Shown here piece by piece: positions 12,059 through 24,914 of a DNA stretch of 64,000 nt. The stretch comes from Vicugna vicugna. Taxonomy: Eukaryota. The notes under the pieces are model-generated. The model did not search any database. It worked only from the letters and a program-made list of their open reading frames with translations, and had not been told where the DNA came from. The stretch covers positions 2,396,158-2,460,157 of the forward strand of contig MU058781.1 of assembly GCA_013265495.1 (NCBI GenBank), given 5' to 3'. Every line of letters begins with the position of its first letter. The stretch's first letter is position 1. The position numbers were made by a program, and so were the translations under genes.

Positions 12059-12847
12059 CTATTTTAGAAATATTATTTGAACTATATGGGAAACTTTGGT
12101 AACTTTTCATGTTTGTACATTTCATGAAGTCTAAAAGAGAGACAAGGAATAATATAATTTTCTTTCACATAAGAGACTGCTATGGAAACATTTAATTTTG
12201 GCTATAGCCTGCAGATTTATAAAGATAAGTACATATATAAATGCATATGTGTATGTGTATATTTAATATATTTCTGAATGGTACACATAATTATTCTAAA
12301 GTACAACTAAGTTTGCTAATTTGATTGACAAGTAGGACATTATTAGACAAAATTGTTCTGTCATAACCATATACAAAAATTCTTTGTGGACAAAATATAT
12401 GGACATTTAAATATCATATGTGAAGGGCTCATGAAAGACATTTCTTTTTCATTTTGAATTTACACCACTAGGTTCAATTTTTTTTATTGAAAGAGGGTAT
12501 TTTTGAGGATTATTACATAGATTTCATATTGGCATACCAGCCAATGTTTTTGACCTGGAAAATTTTAAATCTCTTCCTATTAGCACTAAATACTGACTTA
12601 AATGTAGTATGATAGAAAATTAAAAGTATAATATTATAAAAGTATAATGACTATTTTTTAAAAAGTAATTTAAGATGGCTGATACAAGCAGTGGGGAGCA
12701 AGAAGAATGGAGAACAAGATAAGCAGATTGAAACACGGATGAAATACCAAGAAATGAAACGTAATTAGCAATTTTTGAAAAATGGTCTGAAGGAAGTTGT
12801 GTAACATATTAACGGAAACACAATGGTAATTAAATAAACTAGCTCAC

Positions 12848-12908
12848 CGTTCCGGCTATATCAGTCTTGTAATGCCAGGATTTGTGCGGCTGTTTGCTTG
12901 CTTTTTCC
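12848..12908 (-). pseudogene. Candidate decayed exon (61 nt, phase 2-0)
   Basis: cactaat branch-like site, ttttggag acceptor, ACG|GTGAGC donor; open frame EKASKQPHKSWHYKTDIAGT. Confidence 0.35.
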
Positions 12909-12935
12909 CTCCAAAATATTAGTGATGGTACATTG

Positions 12936-12975
12936 GTGTGTGTGTGTGTGTGTGTGTGTGCACACGCTCACACAC
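12936..12975. repeat. (GT)12 microsatellite abutting an imperfect (CA)n tract
   Basis: Directly visible. Confidence 0.9.
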
Positions 12976-14179
12976 AGGTGCACGTGGGTAGTAATGGTGT
13001 TGGTATACTAGAGCACATGTTTGTGTATTGTGAATTATGTAACCATATTTGTAGGGCTGGTGGTGAATACCACGTAACTGCTGTAACTACTTCAGGATAT
13101 TCATCTTGCTATTTATTGTATAAATTCTAATTATAGTTAAGAATTACTAAGGGTTTCTTTTACTGGAATATTTAACAAGGAACAGAATTGTATTACTGTT
13201 TAACAGTTTTTAATTCTGCCTTTCTTTTTGAAAAGGCAATTAATTAAAATGCCCAGTAGTTATTTTTACTATTTAAAGGTTTTCACTTTTTCTTTTTACT
13301 TTAAATCAGCTTTTTTCCTGTGCAGATAATTATGCAAGTATCTTCCACGCATGCATATTTAATGCTTGTGATTTTTTTTCTTGAAATTGAGTATGAAACT
13401 GCTGACTAACTACTACCTGTGTATACAACTGTAGTTTGGGGCAAGTGAACATCAAATACTTCGTCACTGAAGGCCCTTTTCCTTATTGTCTGACCTAAAG
13501 TTTTTTTACAGCCTGAAGTTACCAAAAATAGCCCCCTCTTCTTTTAGGAATATTATTCCTTTACTTGCCATGCTGCTGATTTACCTGTGTTTACTCTGAA
13601 TGTAGCTGCCTCAGGTTTGCTTGGTTATTATTCAGTAGCCATTTGTTGTGGTTTGATGCCATTATATGTTCAAAACTCTTCTTAATTACAGTTATTTCAA
13701 CTCACTATATAACAGATTTTTAAAATATTCTATTATTCTCCAACTTTATACAATGTATCTTACCTTAAATTAGTTACAGTAAATGATGCTTCATGGAAAG
13801 GCTCATACATACGTTTAGCTGAAGGCAGGGGTTGCAGAATACATTTTCCCATCTTTTGGAAGTGTGCAGAAACCTCATTGTAGGGTAGCTATTTGCACCC
13901 ACTAAGACACATTGTTTCAGTAATCAGTCATAAAAAAAGAATGCATTGTATAGCATTTGAACAGTAAAATGAAAACTGCATTTCACAGTAAGAGAAAGTG
14001 TATGTCAGTCTTGAAAACATACTAGCCTGGTTTGTTTGTTGTGGTTTTTTTTTCAGATGCAAAAAAAAAAAAACCCTTTTGAATGGATTAAAAATGCTTG
14101 GTGGAGTAGGGAAGAATAGGTGAAGAATCTGAATGCTTTCATGGCCATAAGACTGGTAAAATGTTTTATTTGACCATTC

Positions 14180-14790
14180 TAAGTATAAGAGGGCTCTCAT
14201 ACATTTCTGGTGGGAGTACAACTAGATCAACCAGGCTAGAGATAATGTGATGATACTGAATCAAGTTGAGGATGCTCATATCCTAGGCTCAGCAATGTTA
14301 CTCCTAGGTATATGCCGTAGGGAACTCTAGCTTATATGTACAAAGAAATGTGTACCAGAAGGCTCATTAAAGCTAATTTTGTAATGTTCAAATAGAGTAC
14401 TGAATGAATACTGAAATTAGATGTATAAAAACATTTAGTATATTCATATAATGTAATACTATATAGCAGTCAATATGAATAAACTAGATGGATTAATATA
14501 GACTGATCTCAAATATAATATTTGAAGAAGAAAAGCAAGTTACAGAAGGATAGGCTCAATGCCTTAGCATTTATGTAAAGCAAAAATAAAAATTGAGTGT
14601 GCACACAAAGACTTGTAGTTAAACTATAAAAATGTACAAGGGAAACAAAAACATGAACTTAAGGATAGTGATTATCTCTGGGAAAAAAGGAGGGAAATGA
14701 GTTTAGGTACATAGAGAATGTTACCTGTACCTATATAGATATAAATATATAATGTATAATTTATTTTTTTAAAAATAATACCTAAGCAAG
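14180..14790 (+). mobile_element. Ancient L1 3' region (L1ME-type)
   Basis: 'ctcagcaatgttactcctaggtatatgcc', 'gaagaaaagcaagttacagaag', 'aggatagtgattatctctggg'. Confidence 0.7.
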
Positions 14791-15289
14791 GCAGTGTTCA
14801 GGAAGAACATGAAGTGATCTCCTTACTGCAAATGAATGAAAGAATAATAAATAAATTTAAAATATATACAGATGAAAATAGATACTATTGATAATGGTAC
14901 ATACATTAATCGTCATATACGTAGTACAGTAGAAATGAAGGTGAAGATTGCTAAGCCTGCTAGAAATTTGATACTCTATTCACTAGATTTTAACCTGGGT
15001 AGACTGTATTCAGTTGTGAAAGAATAAAAAAAGAAAACAGTGACATCCTGGAAATACATTATCATGCATCATATCTCAAAGGTAAGTAGTAGTAATAATT
15101 TTTTAGAAATTTAGTTTTCTGAGACTAATGCTTCCTTATTAACAGAGGAACCTCTGTTGATTTCTTCATATTTGATTTTCAGGTCTACTTTTGGTAACCT
15201 TCATGTAAGGAATAAAAAGAATTATTTTGTCACAAAATCTTAATAAGTACACCAAAATAATGATCACACTCCCCTGTTTCTCCTTTTTC

Positions 15290-15760
15290 TTCCCTCATCC
15301 TGTCTCATCATTAGTGTTCACCCAGGCACACAAGCCAGAAACCCTGGGCCCCAGGCCCCACCCTTTCCACCTGCCCCCACCACATAGGACAGTCATCCTA
15401 TCGATTTTGCTCCCTGCAGCCTCCACTTCTACTGTGTCACCTTAGGCACCAGCAGCATTAATTTACTTGCAGAAAAGCCCACCAGGCTGTCCACACTGTT
15501 CCTCAGTCTGGCCAACCTCCTCCACTTCTCCCCATTTCTCTGCCAGCCTAACTCCAAGCTCAGCCAGGTGGCTCTTTACTTTTTGATGCTTGTGAGCTTC
15601 CCTCTGCTGCATCATAGTGTACGTTGTGGTCTTTCCTGTCTACTGAACCTGCCCTCCCTGAGGGCAGGAGTGACATCTGATGCTCCTCTGTCCCCCATGT
15701 CTAATGCATTACATGAAGCAAGTAGTGTGTACCCGATAAACTGAACTGAAATGAGTAACG
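15290..15760 (+). mobile_element. L2 fragments
   Basis: 'cccaggcacacaagccagaaaccctgg' and 3' end 'ctccctgagggcaggagtgacatctg'. Confidence 0.55.
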
Positions 15761-15858
15761 ACTGATAACCCACATTTAGTACAGACTGCTAAATTAAAAA
15801 GTACATAGTTCTAAATAAATAAATAATACAATAATAAATAAATTTTTTTAAAAAGGCA

Positions 15859-15990
15859 GGGAGGGTATAGCTCAAGTGGTAGAGTGCATGCTTAGTATGC
15901 ACCAGGTCCTGGATTCAATCCCCAGTACCTCCTGTAAAAATAAATAAACCTAATTATCTCACACACACACACCCCTCTGCTAAAATAAAA
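15859..15990 (+). mobile_element. Camelid tRNA-derived SINE (Vic-1 type)
   Basis: GGGAGGGTATAGCTCAAGTGGTAGAGTGCATGCTTAG..GGTCCTGGATTCAATCCCCAGTACCTCC with Pol III A/B boxes, then 'aaataaataaacctaatta'. Confidence 0.92.
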
Positions 15991-17176
15991 TAATTAAATA
16001 ATATAATAATAAGTAAAAAATTTTTTAAGTATATTGCACTATGCCCTTGGCAAAATCCTTACCCAAGAACAATTAATTCTCCAGCTAAGTCCTAACTGAT
16101 TTTCTCTTGTCATTTTAACTCCCCATTACCTTCTGGGATTTTCCTTTTTTCCCTCCTCTCCCTCTTTTAGTCCCCTCTATATTCTTCTGGACTGAAATAG
16201 TTATTTTCTTGTACCTGAGCTGATTTTTCACACAGTTAACTCGGTGAGTATACTCTGAGTATTGTGCTGAGTTTTCTAGAGCTGCACCTATTTTTACTTC
16301 TAATTTGTAACTATGCAAATCTATGGCATGTTTGAATTTAAGGAGGTTTATTAGCTTATAATGTTTACTCTGCAAAATGTTTGCTGTAATTGAAAAAATA
16401 ACCTCCCCCACTGACTCCCTGTATGTTGCTTTAGGACTGTCATTAGATACACACCCCCACTCTCAGTGTAGGAACCTGGAATTTAGGTTAATTAATCCTT
16501 TCCATTTCTGGGCTACAATGGGGCAGACATAGCTGTGAGTGGCAAATTACACAGTGATGTAACTTGTATGTCCCATTTTGGAAGGTCTTATCTGTGAATA
16601 TGTCACGATACTGTATCCTATTGCATCACCACCCACCAACACACACAAACATACACACACACACACACATACACATATTGTGAGTTCTCACACTCCATAA
16701 GGTGTAAATTCATCCATATCCAACACTTATTTTACAAGCTAAATCTAACTGCTTGGATTAACACCATCTCCAGTGATTAATCATAACCACCCTTTTCTCA
16801 AAGTGAGTCATGTCCCCAGGTAGTCAGTATGTCACACATTCTTCTACCACCACCTGTACCAATGTCTAGATTCCTTTTATTATTCCTGGAAGGTGCAGAC
16901 TTTTTGAAATAAAATTTTTGCCTTGAAAGAGTAAGCATGAGACTAAACTCAATTTATGTAGATTATTTAACACACAGACATTTGCAAAGGAAGACTATTC
17001 ACATGAAGCTCCAACAACATGTTTCTTTTTGAACATTCATCATTCATAAAAGCTAAGTATTAAGAACTATTATTGGTATGTTTTGTTCACATAGAAAAAT
17101 GTTCCAATTTATCTCTCATAAAATTCTGTCCATTTAAGAACCAAGAATCAAGGTGGACAGGGATGGACAAACTATC

Positions 17177-17671
17177 CAGCGGTTTTCAAAGTGTGTGCTA
17201 GGCATCCCCACCACCTTTTGGGGGGCCCACAAGGTCAGAGCTCTTTAGATAGTAATACTAAGATGTTATTCACCTTTGTAAGTCTCATTGTCCCATGTGT
17301 GTATGGTGCTAGTTCCCAAAGGCTGCATGACCTGTGATATCACGATCAACGTATTTGACTGAATGAAGAGAAGATATGAGAATCCAGCTCTTTACTCAGG
17401 CCACACATTAAGGAGATTTGTCAAAATGCAAAACTTTGCTCTTCTTCTCCCTCATTATTTTTGTCTTGGAAAATAGTTATTTTTTATTTTAAAAATATTA
17501 CTTAGGTTGATGAAATGATTTATTATTGTTATTTTAAATGAGTTAATAAGAAAATACTGAAATTTTTCTCACTTTTAATTTCTGATACAGTAGATAAATA
17601 TTGGTAGATACAACCTGCACTTTAAAAATCTCTTTGAGATTTCCGAAGACCAAAAAGTTTGAGAAGGGCTG
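17177..17671. mobile_element. hAT-Charlie non-autonomous element (Charlie4a/MER119-like)
   Basis: Terminal inverted repeats cagcggttttcaaa / tttgagaagggctg; internal 'gatatgagaatccagct'. Confidence 0.8.
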
Positions 17672-18084
17672 AGCTATATAAATAGGTGGGTACGTTAATG
17701 TCACCTTGGAAATGTTCCCCCCTAAAAAACGTTTTTCAAAACAGTGTTTCAATAGATGTGTTCCATGACTCAGAGGGGAGTTTTCCATATAGAAGCCTCT
17801 TGGTTGGCTATCAGTTGGCTGCACCTGGGCTAGTTTCCACCCCACCTTATCTTTAACATCCTCTGTAGCTCTCTTTAGGCAAACAAAGCAGAAGGGGCTT
17901 GGAGGGGGCCTGCAGGCCCCACAGGAGTTATTCTTGGAAAAGGCTTTCCCTGGGTTCTGGGCCTCCTCAGAACTTTAGCTCTTAAAGCAAGTGCCTCCAA
18001 AGGAGGCATTTTTTGCCTCCTATCTAAACCTCATCCTATTTGAGCTCTCTTGGGAGTAAAAGCAGCCATCTGAAATATATACCT

Positions 18085-18185
18085 GATTTCTGACTGTATC
18101 AGAATTACCTGGGACACATTTTAAATATAAAGACTCCAGGCCCCAATCCAGACCTAAGGAATCAAAAGCACAGGGCTGAGAGGAG
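18085..18185. mobile_element. MER5A-like fragment
   Basis: 'ctgtatcagaattacctggg..gactccaggccccaatccagacctaaggaatcaaaa'. Confidence 0.6.
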
Positions 18186-18932
18186 CATGTCCATTCTCTT
18201 TGACAGACTCTCCCCATGATCTTTGGCATGCAGTCTCCAGGAGGCCACTGTTGAGGTGCAGGTCACCCAGAAAAGAAAGGAGGGTCCCTGTTGAGGGTAT
18301 CACCTTCACACAGGAGCACAAAGCAAGGCAGCATGTGCCTTGAGACACAGGGAAGCCCCTGGCTGGGGCAGCGCCCAACACCTACCAGTGAAGTCAGGCC
18401 TGTGCAGGTGCACAGGCACTCAGGGTCTGACGAGGAGAGGAGAGCCAGGTGCCACAGGGCCTTGGCAGAGAGTATATGGGTTCAGAATGGTGATTGATGG
18501 AGAAGAAGAGAAAGAAAGAGAGATGAAGAGGGGGAAGTATCATGGCAAGAAGAGGAAGGTTCCAGCAGTTAGGATCCAAAAGTGCTGACTATCATTTTCC
18601 ACTCACAGTTTTGATTAGAGCCAGCCCTAAGCTTTGGTGGAGTCAAGAGCCAATGCAGACTTGATAAGCCCCCAAAAGTCTTGCTCTGATTTAGACTCAG
18701 AAGATATAAACAGAGTTTTAAAAGCCAGAAAGAGTGATCACATAAATAAAACCTAGAAAGATCATGTAAATAGGCACTAAAATGGGCTTGGAAAAAAAAT
18801 CAGATCTAAATGGAAGCCTTTCACATACAGTGTTTGGAGGAGGAAAGCCTCTGTCTGCATATTCTTCCAGCTCAGGGTCCAGGAAGCAGGAGGCAGAGGA
18901 AGAAGACACTAGGCCTGGTTATTTACCATTAC

Positions 18933-19024
18933 CCATTGCTGGGCCCATTATAAAAAACTCGTCCAGAAAAAACCCAAGAGTGTTTGTAGCCTTTATTAGT
19001 CTTTTCTTGGCTGTTAGTTACTGC
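18933..19024 (-). pseudogene. Candidate decayed exon (92 nt, phase 0-2)
   Basis: ctctaattaaag acceptor, GG|GTAATG donor; open frame AVTNSQEKTNKGYKHSWVFSGRVFYNGPSN. Confidence 0.35.
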
Positions 19025-19135
19025 CTTTAATTAGAGTCAATGAAGCTTCAATGTAAAATAGTGTAAGGTATAGCCAGAGGCTGAGTCCTAACCTTCTCTG
19101 ATCTTTTCAGTTGTACTCAATTTCAAGTTTCTTAC

Positions 19136-19181
19136 AAAGTCGGGTTTGACCTGGCCTCTCTTTCTTTGGCTCCTTCTGTAC
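19136..19181 (-). pseudogene. Candidate decayed exon (46 nt, phase 2-0)
   Basis: cctaat..gatcacag acceptor, TTT|GTAAGA donor; open frame YRRSQRKRGQVKPDF. Confidence 0.4.
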
Positions 19182-19583
19182 CTGTGATCATTAGGCCATT
19201 CACTTATTGTTGGTTTTTAAGATAAACTGTTGCATTTCAGCAAAGGCCTAATGAATTTGGGAGAGATAGTGAACAAGGTAAAATCTGGTTTATTGGGATG
19301 ATTTTTGGTTGCCTGAATACTTTTCAGCCTTCACTTATTTTTATTTCAGGAACAAGGCTGGCTTGCTCTAGTAAGCCTTACCCAAATTTTGCAACACATT
19401 TACAAGTTGAAATCTGTGTGGCAAAGAACACGTTTTGTAACATAGGCAGTTTTGATAACAAGCAGAAGTAAGAGGAACTCAGTTTCACCCAATATATAGT
19501 GCTTTACAGAGCTCTTTGCTTTCTTTGCCTCAGCCTTCCCCATTAAGAAAAGATAGGAAAAGAAAAGAAAAAAAACTGTTTAC

Positions 19584-19666
19584 CTTGTACGGGTCTTTCA
19601 GAAGATGGACTGCAGAATTACAGAATGCTTAATGAAATGCGCAATTCCTTCTTCACTGGCTTGCTG
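19584..19666 (-). pseudogene. Candidate decayed exon (83 nt, phase 0-2)
   Basis: ttctttttcag acceptor, AAG|GTAAAC donor; QQASEEGIAHFIKHSVILQSIF*KTRT with one TGA where W would fit. Confidence 0.45.
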
Positions 19667-21489
19667 CTGAAAAAGAACTACCTTGCTCATATTTGGAAGG
19701 TAGAAGATGCTTTTGATTACATCCGTTCTATTTAATAAGTAACCTTTCCTGTGCTTTCAGCAGTAGATACTCTGAGACATCTTCCATAAACACTTTTTTC
19801 TTTCCAAATCAATTCTTAGCATGCCTTATATATCTGTAAGACATCACTAGTTTTGTAAAAGTATGCAACATCAGTGATCCAGATGGTCAGAACCATCAAT
19901 GTCTCATTTTAGGCTGAATTACCATCTTTCCTTTTGCTCCCCATCTCAAAGGATCTTTCGCGTGGTAGATCCTCATGGAATAGCAGATAAAGGATTTTGT
20001 GCATCGATGCCCTGCATAGTGAACTAGTTGACTGTGACCTGAGGATGAAATCTTTTGGGTTATTCAGAGAGTTCTGTACAGAGTGCACATCACATGCTCA
20101 AGGTGAGTGAAGTCCACAGTATAACAGGGACCCCAACCTATGTCTCCTGTGGGGAGGTAAGGAGGGGGATCCTGGAGCACCGTGAAGTGGTCTGCACTCC
20201 ACAACGGCTCATCCCCATAGACACACTGGGACAAGGAAGACGTGAGAACTCCATGTTCTGTCTCTCTTGAGATCACTCTAGAATTAGTTTTATCTTCTCC
20301 CAGTTTTTTAAAATCTAACATTTATTTTTCTGAAATTTTACTTTTTAGTTATTTCCTTATATCTTATATTTTATTATTAGCCAGGCATTAACTTATTCAC
20401 TCACTCAACAAACATCTGTTGAGTATCTACCCTGTTTTGAGATGGGAAATCTGTTAATTTCTTTACAACTACTATACATTTGATTCAGGCAGGATTCTGG
20501 ATCTTGTGTTTGTATTTACTCATGTGCTGTTTATTTGTTTGCATATTTACTTATTTGTCTATTTGTGAATTCATTAATTCGCTTAAAGACAGGCTGTTTT
20601 ACTTATCTTTGTATCCCCAGATCTAGTAGATAGTAAGTGCTCAAGAAACACTGAAATGTTAAACAAATCACATCAACTTCCATAATGGAATTGAGGCAAA
20701 TTGCAATTAAAACATATATCTCGTCAACATAAAACTCAAAGTATCAGTAAAATCTTTCAGAAGAAATGGAGAAGGGCATTAAGATGTAGCTAGTGCAAAC
20801 TAGGCTATGAATTAGACTCTGAGCTCCCTGATAGCCAAGGTAAAAGAAAAATTTGCCAAGGTATATCAGAAATAGGAATTATAGATTCAAAGATATTACA
20901 TCCTGGATTTTTATATATTTTAGATACTAATAAACATTTTAGTATTAGTCTATTGCATTTCTGGAATTTTCCAGTTATAATTATACATTTTTCTTGAGAT
21001 AATTAATATTGATTCCATCGAAAAACTTAATACACCAGGTACTTGAAAAAAAGAAAGGAAAACATCAAATAATTTTATGACAAAATAGAAGTTAATCTTT
21101 TCCAAAAATGAATCTTCCTTAGCCTTTTTCATTAGAAATGATCAGATTACTTATTTCATTGTTTTTGAGATTACCGACTTTACCATTAAATGTGCCTAAA
21201 GTAAATCGAAAGCCTCCCTCTATCCTCTACCAATGAAACCTACCTAAGAACGGGATGGAAACACCTGGAGCGGTCAAGTGGCCTGATCTGTAGAGTAAAC
21301 ATGGGCATTGTTGTATGAGAAATTGTCAGCAAGTGGTGCTGTAGAGTAATTCCTGAATAAACAGAGCAATTTATGAATACTCAAATGAGGACAATATCTA
21401 AATATTTTGATGAACTAAGAGCTTTTATTGCTGATGAAGAACTGACAGTCATATTATTTTTCCTATCTCGTTGAGCCTCTTGAACATGT

Positions 21490-21670
21490 GCTTAGAGTCA
21501 GAGACTTGGACTCCAGGATTGCTCACTGTCCCATGCTCGTGGGGGCCTCTTACTCTAAAGCCTGTTTCTAAACCTGCAAAACAAGGATCATAATACCTAC
21601 CTCGTGAGACTATTATAGGAATCAGTGCAAGTAGATGAGATGATGTGTGAGAACAAACTCTACAAACTTT
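21490..21670 (+). mobile_element. MIR
   Basis: 'aagcctgtttctaaacctgcaaaacaaggatcataatacctacctc' resembles the MIR core. Confidence 0.7.
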
Positions 21671-23419
21671 CAAGATGCAGTTTTGCTCCTGTAGATCCCA
21701 GTATTGACATCAGTTAATTTGTGAGTTGGAAAGTAGTTGATTTCTTATAATGATGCAAGTGTGATTAGTCAAATTCATTTCACCTACTGCTGAAAACACT
21801 GAATTTTTTTTTGCTCCATAAGTGAGTACAATTTTTTAAAATCTGTTAAGTTCAGTTGCTCAAATAAATCTACTGCAATGCTTATTACAGAATTTGGCTT
21901 TATGTTTTAAAAGCTCTCTTTCTGTGAGAAACATGAATACACAGTGGGTATCTGTAGATTTAATACATATTTATGTGTTGTCATCATACAGGACAGTTCT
22001 ATGAGTGATGAATGAGTTCTTCTTTTTCCAGAACATTTTGTTTTGTTGGCTTTATTTATACTTTGCCTTGAAAAGCATGTTTACGTAGTTTAATAATTCA
22101 AGTGATTACACTGTTCTTTTGGAGTTTTATGAGGAAAACTCAAGTATATAATTATGTTTTTAAGTGAATTGATATGACCATCCTCAAAACAAAACAAAAC
22201 AAAACCCCTGACTCTCACTAACTTTTGAGATAGCTGCATCAGCTTGCCTAGAAGTGTTGAATAATCAGCAACAATCACATTTCAGAGAAACCTCAAGGCT
22301 AAGGTGTCATCGGGGTTACTGGAAGAAAATATTCAGCAGACAAACTGATGCCTCAATGGACAAAACAAAAACAAACCTTTTAAGTGAAGGCAGAGACAAC
22401 AAAGCCACCATCCATTCCCTTGGGCTACACAGCAAAAGAATGCTGATGAGAGCGGGAGAAATACCGCAGGAGGAACCACAGTTTCCTCCAGATTTGCCAC
22501 GCTGGCCCCCGGGAAGAGCAAGAGAGCAGTCCCAACGTGGTGGAGGCAGAGACTAGGGCAGCGCATGAAGGACTCGAGAGTACTCCATGGCAGGAAGGCA
22601 GGAGAATGAGGTATCACCTTGTCCTCAGAACCCCTGCGCAGGCCCTGCCGCCACACGGGAGCAAGCACAGCAGTCGACGTATCAGGACACCGAGGGCTAT
22701 AAACTCTACTCAGGGCTCTGCCTCCCAAGCACAAAGTGCACACTGACCTCTTTTCTTGATGAAAACAAAGCAAAGGGTAGACGGATTATTACCCTCCTGA
22801 TCCCTCATTTCACTCCTTGATGCTCTTCCAGTGAGGGAGTAACAGCTGGGATGACAAAGACTTTTTTGTGGTATTTTTGATCTACTTGCTTGTGTCTAGA
22901 AAAAACCCTACACACGCATATGGAAAAAACTACGTATATAATTTCTCTTTCTGCATATTTGACCAAATGTGAGCCAGTTCCTTTCACATGAATGAAGAAG
23001 GCAAAGATTAATAATAGTACTTAAACACATGTGCAGCATGGTGTCCATATTCAGATTTTTATGTTTCTTCATGGAGTTGTTAATTTTAATGCACTGTAAC
23101 TTGCACAAAGTATTTCTTTGGCAACAGCAAAAGAAAAAATATCCCACATTATTTATGGTGTTTCACAAAATCTCAGTCCCACCATTTATAAAAATCACAA
23201 GTTTATAAGTGGCTTCTAGGGATTCCTAAGGAATTACCTTATTATAGGTGGAACTCATCTGTGACTCTTCAACAGTACTGACGAGGAGAATATATATTTT
23301 TGGTTCTGGGAGTCACTAAAGTGCTAGTCTTATGAGATTAATACACTATCAAAGTGTTAGTATGATGGAGATAAGTAGTGATTATAAATATTCTGTTTGT
23401 TCTCCTACTTTTCCCAGTT

Positions 23420-23704
23420 AGACAGGGCCATGTAATGGATGTGAGAGGAAATGAAGTGTCACTTCTCGCCAGAGGCAAGAAAAGATCTTGAACAATTCTT
23501 TGGACTCTCTTAATCTGCAGGGTTGAGAGACGGATATGAGATAGTGAGGACTTGACATTGAAGTATCTACATTGTGAATCACTACACTGAGCAGTCTCCC
23601 AGACTCAAATGGACATATGAGTGAAAAATAAACCTTTGTCATGTAAAATGCTGAGATTTGGGAGGTATTTGTTTCTGCAGCACAGCCTGTCCTGACTCAT
23701 ACAG
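23420..23704 (+). mobile_element. MaLR LTR (MLT1I/J-like)
   Basis: 3' end 'aaaataaacctttgtcatgtaaaatgctgagatttgggaggtatttgtttctgcagcacagcctgtcctgactcataca'. Confidence 0.75.
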
Positions 23705-23803
23705 AGACTAAGACTGGATTCCAGTCTTGAAGTTTAAATAAAAATCTAGAGTTAGACTGTTACACATATTTAGTCTTTTAATTAAAGATTTAGTAGGATA
23801 TAG

Positions 23804-23987
23804 CAAGAATAGGCAAACTTTTTCTATAAAAGACCAAACAGTAAAGTCTCTCCACAACTATCCACCTCTGCCATTGAAGCATAAAAGCAGCCGTGACAAA
23901 GCGTGATGTGCATGGCTGTGTTCCAATAATACTTTATTTATAAAAACAGGGAGTGGCCAGGATTTGGTGAATAGTTCCTGGCCCCTG
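23804..23987. mobile_element. MER58A hAT-Charlie MITE
   Basis: 'ggcaaactttttctataaaagacc', 'catggctgtgttccaataatactttattta', ends 'cccctg'. Confidence 0.8.
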
Positions 23988-24029
23988 TGTTGTAGAATCT
24001 ACTGTTAAATATAGTTATGTTGAATAGTT

Positions 24030-24472
24030 ACAATGTGAGGTTCCTACGGCTACCTAAACAAAGTGCCACAGACTGGGTGGCTTAAAACAACAGATATTTA
24101 TGCTCTTACCGTTTTAGAAGCTAGAAGCCAAAACCAAGGTGTTGGCAGAGGTGGTTCCTTATGAGAGTTATGAGGGACAATCTGTTCCATGCCTCTCTCC
24201 TAGATTCTTATTGTTGCTGACAATCCTCAGCCTTCCTTGGCTTGTAGGAATAGCATTACTCCAGTATCTACCCCTGTCTTCACATTGTCATCTTCTCCCT
24301 ATGTCTCTCTTACAAGGAGACCGATTATATTGGACTGAGGGTCCACCTTCTCGAATTGCATCTCTCAATGAGTTACATCTTCAGTGACTGTTTCCAAAAA
24401 AGTCACATTCTGAGGGACTAGGGATTAGGATTTCAACAGATATTTTTGGGGTAGACAATTCAACCCATAACA
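24030..24472 (-). mobile_element. MLT1C-like MaLR LTR
   Basis: 'ccacagactgggtggcttaaaacaacag'...'gtcacattctgagggactagggattaggatttcaac..caattcaacccataaca'. Confidence 0.85.
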
Positions 24473-24914
24473 CTTAGTTGCTTAAAGAACACGTTTCACT
24501 TAGTAAATTGACAGTGATACAAGTGAGTTTTAAGTAAGTTCGTAGGACTTAGCTTTATTCAGAGAGATCAATTCATGAGCTATTTTGACAAGATTGAAAA
24601 TTTAAGTATCTAATAAAGCAATTAAAAGAAAAACCATGCTCATAATTAAAATAATGAATAGAATGTTGTAATGAATGTTTATAATTCAGTACTATTTTAC
24701 AGGCTCCTGCCTTTTCCAAATCATTGATTGATGCTTAAGAAGAGAAAATTAAATTTTATTTACATACTTTATTTCTTAAGACTGTTATTAAAGCACAGGA
24801 TTGATGAAATGATTATTCTTTAGAGTCTGAATGCAGACATCTACAAGGATTTGTTAAAGACAAAAACCACTTTCCTTGGCAGGTTTTGGATCCCTAAAAT
24901 GTGAAAAGCAGCAC

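Noticed and set aside
15859..15932. tRNA gene (also 9100-9175 and 57420-57494)
   Set aside because: The tRNA-like head is followed by the shared SINE tail, and TSDs are evident for two copies. These are SINEs, not tRNA genes.
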